A program made the position numbers and the translations under genes. DNA of 64,000 bases from Tubiluchus corallicola (Eukaryota > Animalia > Priapulida). The stretch is taken from positions 1-64,000 of the forward strand of contig JAQGDQ010002406.1 in the NCBI GenBank assembly GCA_030141605.1, written 5' to 3'. The notes below the pieces were generated by a model. That model searched no databases. It was not told the origin of the DNA and worked only from the letters and a program-made list of their open reading frames with translations. Of this stretch, positions 43,884-54,474 are shown piece by piece; the first letter of the stretch is position 1; each line of letters begins with the position of its first letter.

Positions 43884-45443
43884 TTATGTAAGTGATGCCA
43901 CCATATATATTGCGGTGATAACTCCTACTATCCCTTCCCCACCGATAAACCCGGAAGCAATAACTACCCCTTGGGCAGAACATTTCCCGCCAAACTTGTC
44001 CGTTAAAAGCCTTATCATACCACCAAAAAAGATAGCAGCACTTATGCTTATGGGCAGATACACCCCTATTCCCAAGGTAAGCACCGGTATTCTGAACAGT
44101 ATCAGTACAGCCCCCAGGATGATACCGGTCCAAAAGCTCGTTAAATGCGGGATGCCTTCCGCCATAATGGATACAAGATAGCTCTGAGGGGCATGCAAAA
44201 ATGTATTGGGGCCAAACTCTCCATAAACCTTATACATAACGAGAAATACAAAACTTCCCACAAATGCACCGATGAACGCTCCTATAGCTTCGCCGTATAT
44301 CTGTGACCATCTGTTGTTTCCCAGCAGATGTCCCGCCTTTAGATCGTTCATAATATCCCCCGTAAGACCACTGGCAGAAGCCACTATTGCAGCACCTGCA
44401 AAAAGTTGAAAATAGGGCAAATCAAAAACAAACTTCAATGTAAGGAGGGCAATTATCCCAAAAACCTCCATGGGATTGACCCCGGATTGACCGGTGAGGA
44501 TGGCGGATATGCCGCTTGCAAACCAAGCTATAATAACGAGAAGCAGAATCGCCTGCACACTAAATCCAAAAACTAAATGAGCAAACGTCACGACAAATAG
44601 GACAAGAGCAATAATATAACCCCTACCCCGCCTCAAAGTTGTGTAGGAGGATAGCCATCTTTTAAGGTTGGGCAGTGTCCTCACAATGAGTCCGACCCCA
44701 CTTCCCAACATAAGACCTATCCCAAGGCTATTCTTAAACTCTGAAGCCAAATCCGCAGAGGTAAAGATACCGTACTCAACACAAAAGCCCATGATTATGT
44801 ACGTGCCTACGATACCCCCCAAAATCCATACAAAAGTGTGCAAAAAGCCGATAATGTACCCCATACCCATGGCCAAAGGAGATATCCACACGCTAAAAGA
44901 GAATACACCGTGAGTAAAACCCAAAGAGGGAGGGATTTTGGCAAAAGAGTCCCTCAATAACGCAATAAAAGCGCTGAAGCCGACTCCGCATATCAGTTGA
45001 ACAATCCCCCCTGCTCCCCTATCTTGAACCGTCAAGGTCTCGTAAGCCGCACGTCCAATGGGATATTCCAGCTCGTCATTCCTAAGGGCAAAATCACTGA
45101 ATACAAACGTGCTAAATATGCCTATCATAGAGCCGATAAGAGCTATCCCCACAAGAAACGGAAACGTCACAACAGCATCATGATTTATCATCACAAGGGC
45201 TGGAACGGTGAAAGCCATCCCCCCAGAAACCATAGCACCAGCACTCATTATAGTATGCGTGGTATTCACCTCCTTCAAACACCTTCCCCCAAGAAGACGC
45301 AAACCACCCATAGACAAAAGGGCTACAAAAATCGTGGGCCAAGGAAGAGCACCAAGACGCAACGCAATATACATGGAACTGCTACTCACAATTACAGAAC
45401 CTATAGAACCCAAAACCACACCACGAAGGCTTAAACTATTCAC
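43884..45443 (-). CDS. OPT family oligopeptide transporter
   Basis: Many TM helices, YIALRLGALPWP, YPIGRA and GDIMNDLKAGHLLG motifs. Confidence 0.88.
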   Translation of the reverse strand: MNSLSLRGVVLGSIGSVIVSSSSMYIALRLGALPWPTIFVALLSMGGLRLLGGRCLKEVNTTHTIMSAGAMVSGGMAFTVPALVMINHDAVVTFPFLVGIALIGSMIGIFSTFVFSDFALRNDELEYPIGRAAYETLTVQDRGAGGIVQLICGVGFSAFIALLRDSFAKIPPSLGFTHGVFSFSVWISPLAMGMGYIIGFLHTFVWILGGIVGTYIIMGFCVEYGIFTSADLASEFKNSLGIGLMLGSGVGLIVRTLPNLKRWLSSYTTLRRGRGYIIALVLFVVTFAHLVFGFSVQAILLLVIIAWFASGISAILTGQSGVNPMEVFGIIALLTLKFVFDLPYFQLFAGAAIVASASGLTGDIMNDLKAGHLLGNNRWSQIYGEAIGAFIGAFVGSFVFLVMYKVYGEFGPNTFLHAPQSYLVSIMAEGIPHLTSFWTGIILGAVLILFRIPVLTLGIGVYLPISISAAIFFGGMIRLLTDKFGGKCSAQGVVIASGFIGGEGIVGVITAIYMVASLT

Positions 45444-45582
45444 AAAAGAAAACCGCCAAAATATTATTGATAAATTTCAAAACATTGTACAAGTGTCGTT
45501 ATACGAACTCAACCATTATCCGATAATTTATATACAGACATGTGCCGCATTTATTGTGTATACTTTGTATACGGGGGAGTTT

Positions 45583-46584
45583 ATGAAGATCAAATTCATG
45601 GTAATGCTGCTGGTTATAGCGTCAATTGCGAGTGTTGCATATTTTTTCGGAAAGTCTTATCGAGACAAGAAGCTGGGAAATGACATAAAGATTTACGGCA
45701 ATGTGGAGATAAATGAGGTCAACATAGGTTTTTTGGTAGATGTTGGGCGCATCCACAGGCTTTATTTTAATGAAGGAGATATTGTCAAGGCGGGTGATCT
45801 TTTGGGTGAGATTGACAACAGAAGCCAGACAGCGATAGTAGCTTTAAACGAAGCTTCCCTAAAAGCTGCAGAGTCTAAGCTCGAAAAACTCAAGAACGGC
45901 ACGAGGATAGAAGATATCGAAGAGGGAAAAGCCAGATTTGAGGAAGCAAAAGCTAACTTTGATTACAAAGACAAACATTTCAAAAGGATGAAGCAGCTAT
46001 ACTCATCTCAATCCATATCTGAAAATGATTATGATATATCTTTATCCGAGAGAGAGGTAGCGCTATCCAGACTGAAGGTGGCGGAAGCATCCCTCAATAG
46101 ATTAAATAAAGGTCCAAGATCCGAAGATATCAGGCTTGGGGAAGCGGAGCTAGACGCTGCGAAGAACAATCTCAAGTTAGCTTTAAAAAATTTTGAAGAC
46201 ACAAAACTGTTTGCGGTAAGTAGCGGAGTGATTACGGTAAGAGCTGCAGAAGAGGGAGAGATTGTAACAGCGGGCAACACGATCTACATCATGTCTTTGG
46301 ATGAAACTTTATATGTTCGGGGTTATTTGAGTGAGCTCGATTTAGGACGTGTTAGAATCGGTGATGAAGCGTTTATATACAACGACACCTACAAGCATGA
46401 GCCCCACGAGGGGATAATAAGCTACATATCACCGACTGCGGAGTTCACGCCAAAACATGTGCAGACGGAAGATATACGCTCAAATCTCGTCTACCGCATA
46501 AAGGTAGCCGTCACAAACCCTGATGGCGTGTCAGACGTACTGAAACAGGGGATGCCCGTAACCGTAGTTATACCGAAGCCTTAG
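45583..46584 (+). CDS. HlyD-family periplasmic adaptor (YbhG-like)
   Basis: YGNVEI, EGDIVKAGD and ISPTAEFTPKHVQT...LVYRIK...LKQGMPV motifs. Confidence 0.9.
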   Translation: MKIKFMVMLLVIASIASVAYFFGKSYRDKKLGNDIKIYGNVEINEVNIGFLVDVGRIHRLYFNEGDIVKAGDLLGEIDNRSQTAIVALNEASLKAAESKLEKLKNGTRIEDIEEGKARFEEAKANFDYKDKHFKRMKQLYSSQSISENDYDISLSEREVALSRLKVAEASLNRLNKGPRSEDIRLGEAELDAAKNNLKLALKNFEDTKLFAVSSGVITVRAAEEGEIVTAGNTIYIMSLDETLYVRGYLSELDLGRVRIGDEAFIYNDTYKHEPHEGIISYISPTAEFTPKHVQTEDIRSNLVYRIKVAVTNPDGVSDVLKQGMPVTVVIPKP

Positions 46585-48303
46585 GTGAATAAGGTTGTGA
46601 TACATATTAAAAACGTCACAAAAACCTTTTCAAAGGGATTTCAAGCTGCTCTGGACGATGTCACTGCGTCTATTGAAAGCGGACAAATCACATGTCTGGC
46701 AGGTCCTGATGGTGCAGGCAAAACTACGCTATTGCGACTCATTTGCGGGCTGATGAAACAGGATAGTGGCAATATCTCTGTCTTTGGTCACAACACTTTG
46801 AAAGAACCCCACAAGATACACCGAATAACCGGATACATGCCCCAGAAATTTGGGCTCTATGAAGAGCTGTCCATTGTGGAAAACCTGAAGCTTTATAGTG
46901 AAATAAAGGGAGTGCCAAAACGCAAGCAGAGCGAGATGTTTGAAGAACTGCTGGACGTATCGGGTTTATCGAAGTTTGCAGACAGATTGGCATCAAATCT
47001 TTCGGGAGGCATGAAGCAAAAATTGAGCATAATATGCACCCTGATTGGGGAACCGCAACTGATAGTCCTGGATGAGCCGGGCATAGGGGTAGATCCTGTA
47101 TCCCGCAAGGAAATCGATCTGCTGATACAGAAGTGTTTAGATTCAGGTAGCACTGTTCTTTGGTCCACTTCTTACACGGAAGATGCTGAGAAGTGTCATA
47201 AGGTTATTGTGTTAGATGGCGGCAAAGTGATGTATGAAGGTGAGCCGTCCGAGTTTATCAGAAGTGCTAAAGGCTTTGTGTACACATCTTTTGTGAACGA
47301 TGAGAGTAAAAAAAGGCTTTATCTCAAGGAGCTTCTGGGATGTGAAGGTGTCACAGATTGCGTCATAAGGGGCAACAGTATACGGGTGGGATTATCTAAA
47401 AAGGACACCCGCTCCATAAATCATGTAGCTAGTGGATTAAACTTTGTAGAAGCTGCACCGGAATTTGCAGACGCCTTCATAATGAAATCTTCGAGTAAAA
47501 TATTGAGGGTATCTCCCCTCAAGTCTATCAAAAAGATAGCCGTAAAAACCTCCAGCATGGTTTTAGCGTCATCTTTGACAAAAAAATTTGGAGACTTTAC
47601 AGCGGTGGACGACATAAGCCTCGATATAAGACAGGGAGAAGTTTTTGGTTTTTTGGGGCCAAATGGCGCGGGCAAATCGACTACATTTAAGATGTTGTGC
47701 GGTCTATTGCGCCCCACGTATGGTTCTGTGTTCATAGATAACATCGACATGCAAAACAACGTAAACAAAGCAAAAAATCGTATCGGCTATATGTCACAGA
47801 AATTTTCCCTATATGACGATTTGACGGTATCCCAAAACCTCAATTTCTTCTGCGGCATTTACGGTTTAAACAGAAAGCGCCGTACTGAGAAGGTTGAGCT
47901 TATGTCCTCTATGTTTGACCTGACAAAATATATGAGCAGCAACACGGGCAAACTACCCTTGGGCTACAAACAGAGACTGGCTCTTGCCTGTGCAGTTATG
48001 CATGAGCCTGCCATACTGTTTTTGGATGAACCAACATCCGGGGTGGATATAGCTACCCGTCGGGAATTTTGGACACATATCAACGAGCTTGCATCAAAGA
48101 ACGTGACGATCATAGTATCGACCCATTTTATGGAAGAAGCAGAATATTGCGACAGAGTAGTATTGATACACAACGGAAAATCCATAGTATCCGACAAACC
48201 CGACAGACTGAAGGAGGCTGTTCGGGAAAAGGGTGAAGAGATAAGCATGGATGAAGCATTTGCAAGACTGCTCAAGAGAAGCGATGAAAGGAAAATGTTA
48301 TGA
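46585..48303 (+). CDS. ABC transporter ATPase with two NBDs (YbhF-like)
   Basis: GPDGAGKTT / LSGGMKQK and GPNGAGKST / LPLGYKQR / LDEPTSGVD. Confidence 0.92.
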   Translation: MNKVVIHIKNVTKTFSKGFQAALDDVTASIESGQITCLAGPDGAGKTTLLRLICGLMKQDSGNISVFGHNTLKEPHKIHRITGYMPQKFGLYEELSIVENLKLYSEIKGVPKRKQSEMFEELLDVSGLSKFADRLASNLSGGMKQKLSIICTLIGEPQLIVLDEPGIGVDPVSRKEIDLLIQKCLDSGSTVLWSTSYTEDAEKCHKVIVLDGGKVMYEGEPSEFIRSAKGFVYTSFVNDESKKRLYLKELLGCEGVTDCVIRGNSIRVGLSKKDTRSINHVASGLNFVEAAPEFADAFIMKSSSKILRVSPLKSIKKIAVKTSSMVLASSLTKKFGDFTAVDDISLDIRQGEVFGFLGPNGAGKSTTFKMLCGLLRPTYGSVFIDNIDMQNNVNKAKNRIGYMSQKFSLYDDLTVSQNLNFFCGIYGLNRKRRTEKVELMSSMFDLTKYMSSNTGKLPLGYKQRLALACAVMHEPAILFLDEPTSGVDIATRREFWTHINELASKNVTIIVSTHFMEEAEYCDRVVLIHNGKSIVSDKPDRLKEAVREKGEEISMDEAFARLLKRSDERKML

Positions 48304-49409
48304 ACCTCAGACGAATAATCGGTCTATCAAAGAAGGAATTTAAGGTACTGATGAGGGATAAGAGCAATATGCTGGTGGCTTTTGTTTTTCCGATAATGCT
48401 GCTGATCCTGATGGGTTACGGCTTAAATCTCGACAGCGTAAACGTCAAAATAGGTTTCTTAGCAAAAGAGAACACACCTCATGCCCATGGCTTAATGTCC
48501 GCCATGGATGCTTCGAGCTATACCGATGTTGTCATATCCGATGATTTGGCAAAACTCGAACATATGATGGCTTCAAGCAAGATACGGGGCATTGTGGAAT
48601 TGGAAGAAAACTTCCACCTCCTGCCAGGTCACACCGCAAAGATTACGCTGCACACAGACGGCAGCGAAACCAACACCGCCAATTTCGTCGCAGGCAATGT
48701 TCAAGGGATAGTCATGTCATGGTCAAGAAACAGCCTGGCAGAGGACGGAATTGAGATGAGCAGTTTAATCAGCCTTGAACCCAGAATATTTTATAACTCA
48801 GAAGTAAAGAGCAACTATTATCTCATTCCCGGATCGATAGCTCTCGTGATGGCGCTCATAGGCTGTATGCTCACCTCTTTAGTGGTTGCAAAAGAATGGG
48901 AAAAAGGAACCATGGAAAACATCATGTCAACCCCTACTCTTATGCCGGAATTGTTGTTGAGCAAGCTAATACCCTACTTTTTTCTGGGCACCTGCACCAT
49001 TATACTCTGCGCAACTTTGGCGGTGAGCCTATTCGGCGTACCTTTGAGGGGCTCTATTACCGCTTTGATGTTAGTCTCTTCGGCATACCTCATCACCATG
49101 CTGGCCCAAGGAGTGTTTATCTCCGCAGTCACAAAGAGCCAGTTTATTGCGAGCCAGATGAGTATTATTTCATCATTTCTGCCCACAATGCTCCTATCGG
49201 GCATGATATTTGAGATCAAATCAATGCCCCCCTTTATTCAGGGAATAACATACCTTATCCCCGCAAAATATTATGTTGAAAGCTTACAAACGGCATTTTT
49301 GGCGGGCGATATTTTGTACATTTATGCAAAAAATATCTTAATATTATCAATATTTAGCATAGTCCTACTCACCCTTGCAGTTAAAAAAACCGAAAAAAGG
49401 ATAGCATGA
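48300..49409 (+). CDS. ABC-2 permease (YbhS-like)
   Basis: KKEF..LMRD, TSLVVAKEWEKGTME and LSGMIFEI..MP motifs. Confidence 0.9.
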   Translation: MNLRRIIGLSKKEFKVLMRDKSNMLVAFVFPIMLLILMGYGLNLDSVNVKIGFLAKENTPHAHGLMSAMDASSYTDVVISDDLAKLEHMMASSKIRGIVELEENFHLLPGHTAKITLHTDGSETNTANFVAGNVQGIVMSWSRNSLAEDGIEMSSLISLEPRIFYNSEVKSNYYLIPGSIALVMALIGCMLTSLVVAKEWEKGTMENIMSTPTLMPELLLSKLIPYFFLGTCTIILCATLAVSLFGVPLRGSITALMLVSSAYLITMLAQGVFISAVTKSQFIASQMSIISSFLPTMLLSGMIFEIKSMPPFIQGITYLIPAKYYVESLQTAFLAGDILYIYAKNILILSIFSIVLLTLAVKKTEKRIA

Positions 49410-50506
49410 GATTTCTAAGAATAACAACACTCATCAAAAAAGAGATTTTAGCAATAATTTCGGACAAAAAATCGAGAACTGTATTAATATTCCCCCCGAT
49501 TGTACAGCTTCTAATATTCTCGTTTGCGGCTACTTTAGAGGTAAAGAACATAGATATTGCGGTATTAAATCATGACTATGGTTCAAACGGAAGACTGCTT
49601 GTATCAAAGATAAACGCGTCAGACACATTTAACAAGATAATGCATATGCAAAATGAGGCAGAAATAGTCAGCGCGATTGACAAGAAGGTTGCAGATGCGG
49701 CAATAATAATTCCACAAAATTTTTCAAAAAATATCGCGACAAACAGAGAAACCAGCCTGCAAATAATCCTAGACGGAAGAACGACGAATAAGGCGCTTAT
49801 AATATCTTCATATATCTCAAACATAGTGTCTGAGCTTGAAACGGAGCTTGTGACATTGCAAGCCCCTGTTCAAGTGATCACAAGACACAAGTACAATAAT
49901 AATCTGCTCTATGTGTGGTACAACGTTCCGTGTCTCATCGGAAACATATCTCTGATAATAACCATGCTGGTATCTTCTCTGTCTCTGGCCAGAGAGAGAG
50001 AACAGGGCACTTTGGAGCAACTATACGTATCCCCCCTCACCCCTTTTGAGATACTCATGGGGAAGATACTGCCGTCGGCCGTGATAGGAATGTTTGAAGC
50101 CCTAATTATATTCTCATTTGCCCTATTCGTTTTCAGGATACCGTTTAGCGGCAATTTTCTGTTGCTGCTGTTGTCAATTACTGCATTTATCTTCTCAATA
50201 GTGGGTGTGGGATTGTTGATCTCTGCTATATCAAAGAACCAACAACAAGCTGTGGTTGGAGTTCTATTCTTTGCCGTTCCGTCAATAATACTATCAGGCT
50301 ACGCCACACCCATCGAAAATATGCCCCAAGTTCTACAGATCATCACAGCCATCAACCCAACAAAATACTTCATGATAGCAGTCAAGGGGATATACATGAA
50401 AGGGATGCCGACGCTCACCACATTCAGCATAATATGGCCCATGTTAGTTTTAGCTGTAATAAATATCACTTTTGCATACATCGTAATAAAGAAGAAGATG
50501 GAATGA
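49406..50506 (+). CDS. ABC-2 permease (YbhR-like)
   Basis: PPIVQLLIFSFAA, SLAREREQGTLEQL and LSGYATPIENMP motifs. Confidence 0.9.
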   Translation: MRFLRITTLIKKEILAIISDKKSRTVLIFPPIVQLLIFSFAATLEVKNIDIAVLNHDYGSNGRLLVSKINASDTFNKIMHMQNEAEIVSAIDKKVADAAIIIPQNFSKNIATNRETSLQIILDGRTTNKALIISSYISNIVSELETELVTLQAPVQVITRHKYNNNLLYVWYNVPCLIGNISLIITMLVSSLSLAREREQGTLEQLYVSPLTPFEILMGKILPSAVIGMFEALIIFSFALFVFRIPFSGNFLLLLLSITAFIFSIVGVGLLISAISKNQQQAVVGVLFFAVPSIILSGYATPIENMPQVLQIITAINPTKYFMIAVKGIYMKGMPTLTTFSIIWPMLVLAVINITFAYIVIKKKME

Positions 50507-50625
50507 CCGGCTATCATTGTATCATTCTCTATATTTTGACATTGAAAAAGTTTCTAAAAAATATTAGGCTTGAGGGTCGGCGGTGTCAGCTCTACTAGAT
50601 AGCCAATTATTCGGGGGATTAAATT

Positions 50626-51627
50626 ATGTTTAGATTGTTGGTGATACTTTCATTGTTTGCGTTGTTGGGCGCTTGTAGTAACCCAAAGGTGACCCATACC
50701 TACCTTAATCCTGCAAAAAATGATGAAGCAAGCGCATTGAGAGAAGTTGCAATACTCAACATCGGTGGAAATGCAGGTCAAGAGCTGCTTCCCGCTTTTG
50801 AAAACGCCCTCGGAAACTCAAGAGTAGGAAATACACCGTACTTCACCGTCATCGATAGAAACAATATAGAGACAATACTTAGTGAGCAGCAGCTTAAGCT
50901 CGTTATGGAAGAGGATGACTACGACTATTTGGGCAAGATGAATATCGCGGAAGGTGTGTACACCGGTACCGCAACCTACAGCGTATGGGTCGATGAATCC
51001 CAGCGTACCAGGCAAGAATGCAGCTCGTATGACAGCAACTATAACTGTATCTCATATCGGAGTTACATAGAATATTGCAATGTCAAGAACCTCTCTCTCA
51101 CATTTACCCCAAGGCTTACAAATGTAAAGACCAGCAGAGTTATATTCACGCAACAGTACACTTCCAATAAATCAGACAAAAGAAGATGCGGCACAAAACC
51201 GCCTAGTACAGTTGCGACAGGAGTTATGTTGTCAGCAGCAATTGATAGCGTTTTGCAACAGTTGATTCAGGACGTGTCACCATACTATGTGACGTATTCT
51301 TTGGAGCTCTCAAAGGATAAAAATGATTTTTCCAAAGACGATAAAAAGAGATTCGACAACGCCATATCATTCGCAGAAAAGGGTGGCGTAGATAAAGCGT
51401 GCGGAATATGGAATGAAATGTATAGATCGTATCCCACTTCAGCGTCACTGAACTACAACTTAGGCATATGCTCTGAGGTAAATGAAGAGCTGGAAAATGC
51501 CCGGGGATACTACACAAAAGCAAACAATTACGTAGAAAAACCGGACAGTAAAATTACAGAAGCGATATACAGAATCGACATAAAGATTGAGAATGAAAAA
51601 ACACTGAGAAGACAGATAGGGGGATAA
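50626..51627 (+). CDS. Lipoprotein with CsgG-like N-terminal region and C-terminal TPR
   Basis: Lipobox LGAC, FTVIDRNNIETILSEQQL and LNYNLGICSE. Confidence 0.75.
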   Translation: MFRLLVILSLFALLGACSNPKVTHTYLNPAKNDEASALREVAILNIGGNAGQELLPAFENALGNSRVGNTPYFTVIDRNNIETILSEQQLKLVMEEDDYDYLGKMNIAEGVYTGTATYSVWVDESQRTRQECSSYDSNYNCISYRSYIEYCNVKNLSLTFTPRLTNVKTSRVIFTQQYTSNKSDKRRCGTKPPSTVATGVMLSAAIDSVLQQLIQDVSPYYVTYSLELSKDKNDFSKDDKKRFDNAISFAEKGGVDKACGIWNEMYRSYPTSASLNYNLGICSEVNEELENARGYYTKANNYVEKPDSKITEAIYRIDIKIENEKTLRRQIGG

Positions 51628-51763
51628 AGTTCCGACCTCGTTGTTACGCTTTTCCGTAAGGGTGCCCCGCTGTGCTTGTGTTGTGCTCAGAGTTAAGGTA
51701 CGGATGCAACATTAAAGGGGAGTAGTGTTTGTGTTGTGCTCAGTGTCAATATTGTACGTTTCC

Positions 51764-53458
51764 TCATTTATCGGGGTTGGCGGGTCTTAGCGGAAGCTTT
51801 ACTTCCACGCCTCCGCTGCCTTTCACTTCAAGGATATTGTCGCTTTTGTATTTATTTGCGTAGACCACGTAGGTTTTTTCATCAATCACATTTTTTGAAG
51901 AGATCGTATTTGACCTTGTCATGTATATCACGGGGCACTCTGCGCTTAAATCGTTTACGCATACGGTTCCGCCGCTCGGCTCATCATTTATCTTAAAATA
52001 GTAATTTTCTCCGCCGAACACGGTAATGCTCCCCTTGTCAAAATTCTTCACGCCATAAGAAGAAATAGCAGGGACAAATTGATATTTAAAGCTGTTGTAA
52101 GAGCCTCTGAAAAATATCTCTTTTAGATCCTGATCTATCACAACATAACCCCGGGCAGTTCTCATTTCCGCAAAAAAGGCTCCGTTTAGGCTTTTGGCAG
52201 GCAAAATAAAGAATAGAGGCAATACAAGTGCACTCAAATAAACATATCGATGCCCTATCAGAACGACGCTGATAAGAAATAGCATGACGAATGTAAATGT
52301 TAAAATATTTATCTTTTTATAAATAAAAGAGGAGTAACTTAAATAATAAACAATATCGAGAAATTTATTTCCGATAATTTCTGTATATATCAGGGCAGGC
52401 ATAATAATATCCGGCATCAATAACGACACATACCCCAATGATATTTGTAAAAAAAGGATAGGCACGACAAAAACAGTACTCACAATACTGAGATAATTTG
52501 TGCTGCCGAATATATACAGAGTGATCGGTGTGGTAAATACAGTGGCGCCCAAGCCAGCTTTAAACCCGCTCATGAATCGTATATTAGATCTATTTTTAAA
52601 AAAAGCGACTATACCATAAACGGCGCTAAAGGATAGCCAAAAGGAGATATTTGTAACAGACTCAGGAAAAAGTAAAAGGAGTACACCACCAACAAACAGT
52701 ACAAATCTGTCCCCCCGTATCCGAATGCCGAAACTAACCAGCCAAAAATATGACAAAGCGAATATAACAGCCCGAACTACACTTATAGTGAAGCCTGACA
52801 AAATACTGCACAAAATTAGCGCACAGCTCAGCAATACAAGATTTCTGCCAAATCCCAACGCATTGAGCAGACAGAGCAACATCCCCACTATTATCCCAAC
52901 ATGCAATCCGGATTGAGCAAGGATATGCGCCAAACCACTAACGATATATTTATCTCTCAAGGAGGGGTTTATGTATCGTTTGTCCCCAAGGATGTGGGCC
53001 TGTATGGTCGATATCCTTCCGCCAGAATTGTAGAACAAACGGTTGCCATAATCTTCTCTAAATTCCAGCAGCCTGCTAATGACGGGCAATCTGAAAAACA
53101 GAATATCGTCGCGCCCAACATCATCTATTCTGAAAAAGTCGCCAGCCTTCGCCTCAATGCCTTTGCCAAAGTCTATCCTAGAGGATGGCGTGTAGGAATA
53201 CCCGGAATTGTAATCGGTGGAACTCACAACAACCGTATAGTTGTGATAGCAATACAGAAAGACGACGTAAAGAGCGGCAAACAACAAAATTCTTCTGCCA
53301 AAAAATATCCAGATCAAGGCAAAACTTAGTATGGCAAACAGATAAACATTGAAGCTATACACCAACGCCACCACAACACAAAGAAGAAAGTACACAAAAC
53401 AGATGCAGTGATCAATAACAGACCTAATCATGAAGAAAATTATAGAGATAAACAACAT
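51764..53458 (-). CDS. comEC: ComEC/Rec2 competence protein
   Basis: SGLAHILAQSGLHVG, SVVRA and SFWLSF.A motifs, multiple TM helices. Confidence 0.88.
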   Translation of the reverse strand: MLFISIIFFMIRSVIDHCICFVYFLLCVVVALVYSFNVYLFAILSFALIWIFFGRRILLFAALYVVFLYCYHNYTVVVSSTDYNSGYSYTPSSRIDFGKGIEAKAGDFFRIDDVGRDDILFFRLPVISRLLEFREDYGNRLFYNSGGRISTIQAHILGDKRYINPSLRDKYIVSGLAHILAQSGLHVGIIVGMLLCLLNALGFGRNLVLLSCALILCSILSGFTISVVRAVIFALSYFWLVSFGIRIRGDRFVLFVGGVLLLLFPESVTNISFWLSFSAVYGIVAFFKNRSNIRFMSGFKAGLGATVFTTPITLYIFGSTNYLSIVSTVFVVPILFLQISLGYVSLLMPDIIMPALIYTEIIGNKFLDIVYYLSYSSFIYKKINILTFTFVMLFLISVVLIGHRYVYLSALVLPLFFILPAKSLNGAFFAEMRTARGYVVIDQDLKEIFFRGSYNSFKYQFVPAISSYGVKNFDKGSITVFGGENYYFKINDEPSGGTVCVNDLSAECPVIYMTRSNTISSKNVIDEKTYVVYANKYKSDNILEVKGSGGVEVKLPLRPANPDK

Positions 53459-53571
53459 CCTTTACTATAAAAACTGATCGATTGTGAATATTTGGAATTG
53501 TATTTTTCATTCACAAGGACTATTATGGATCTCTGTTGATAAAGTTTCAAATTGGTCGCATATTTTAAACC

Positions 53572-54276
53572 ATGGCAATATTATCCCTTATTTTTTTACT
53601 ATTAGTTATCTTGATCGTTCTGATAAGCTTTACGGTATTGAGATACATACAGGTTATCCTACTCATAGTGCTTGTTATCGGTGTTTTGTACTTTGTGGAG
53701 ACGCACAGACAGCTATTTGCAAAATGGTTTAAAAAGTTCTACAGCGCGCTGATTACCGCATCATACAAACCCTTGAGCAGACTCATCCCCGCCTTCAAAT
53801 ATCTAATAAGCCGCAAATATCGAATGGACAAGCAAAAGCGGGATGCAGAAAAAGATGTAAACAGATACATATACGAGACCGGCAAGGCAATTGAAGAACT
53901 GCAAAAACTAAAAAAAGATATGCCAGACAACGATATTTCAACCAGTGTAGATATCCTAATAGACAAATCACAGTCAATATTACACTACCTAAAGGAGAAC
54001 AGCGCAGAAATTGCAAAGGTCAGGAGATTTTTTGACTACTACCTTGCAACCCTTACGACTATCTTGCAAAAGTATCACAAACTGAGATACTTCCGAGAAA
54101 CATTGACAGAAAATGATCCACATATAGATGGGATAAAAGAAGCTTTAAGTAGCCTGGAGCAGGCTTTCAACTCATTCTTGAGCAAACTTCTGGAGAATGA
54201 TTCGATAGACCTAGATACGGATATGAAAGTACTGCAACAGTCCATGAAGATGGATGGCTTCGATAGAGAACAATAA
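53572..54276 (+). CDS. XpaC (5-bromo-4-chloroindolyl phosphate hydrolysis) family protein
   Basis: N-terminal TM helices, VRRFFDYYL..LQKY and KLLENDSIDLDTDMKVL motifs. Confidence 0.8.
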   Translation: MAILSLIFLLLVILIVLISFTVLRYIQVILLIVLVIGVLYFVETHRQLFAKWFKKFYSALITASYKPLSRLIPAFKYLISRKYRMDKQKRDAEKDVNRYIYETGKAIEELQKLKKDMPDNDISTSVDILIDKSQSILHYLKENSAEIAKVRRFFDYYLATLTTILQKYHKLRYFRETLTENDPHIDGIKEALSSLEQAFNSFLSKLLENDSIDLDTDMKVLQQSMKMDGFDREQ

Positions 54277-54411
54277 TAAAACAGTTATGTATATTTAATT
54301 TATTATTTTCAATATATTTTACACAACATCGTGATATTTTATCAAACAAAAATGTGGAATTGTTATTATTATATCGACATCTTGACGCTATGAAATAATG
54401 GACGTCGACAC

Positions 54412-54440
54412 TTGAAATCCCCCTTAGGAATTGTTATACT
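54412..54440 (+). promoter_or_regulatory. Sigma70 promoter of pfp
   Basis: TTGAAA-17 nt-TATACT with an extended -10 TG. Confidence 0.7.
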
Positions 54441-54474
54441 GTTCGATCTGTAATGATTTTGGGGGTAGACTTAC

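Noticed and set aside
45208-45582. 125-aa N-terminal extension of the HlyD protein
   Set aside because: It overlaps the divergent OPT gene. The ATG at 45583 has a GGGGAG RBS and begins a normal membrane anchor.
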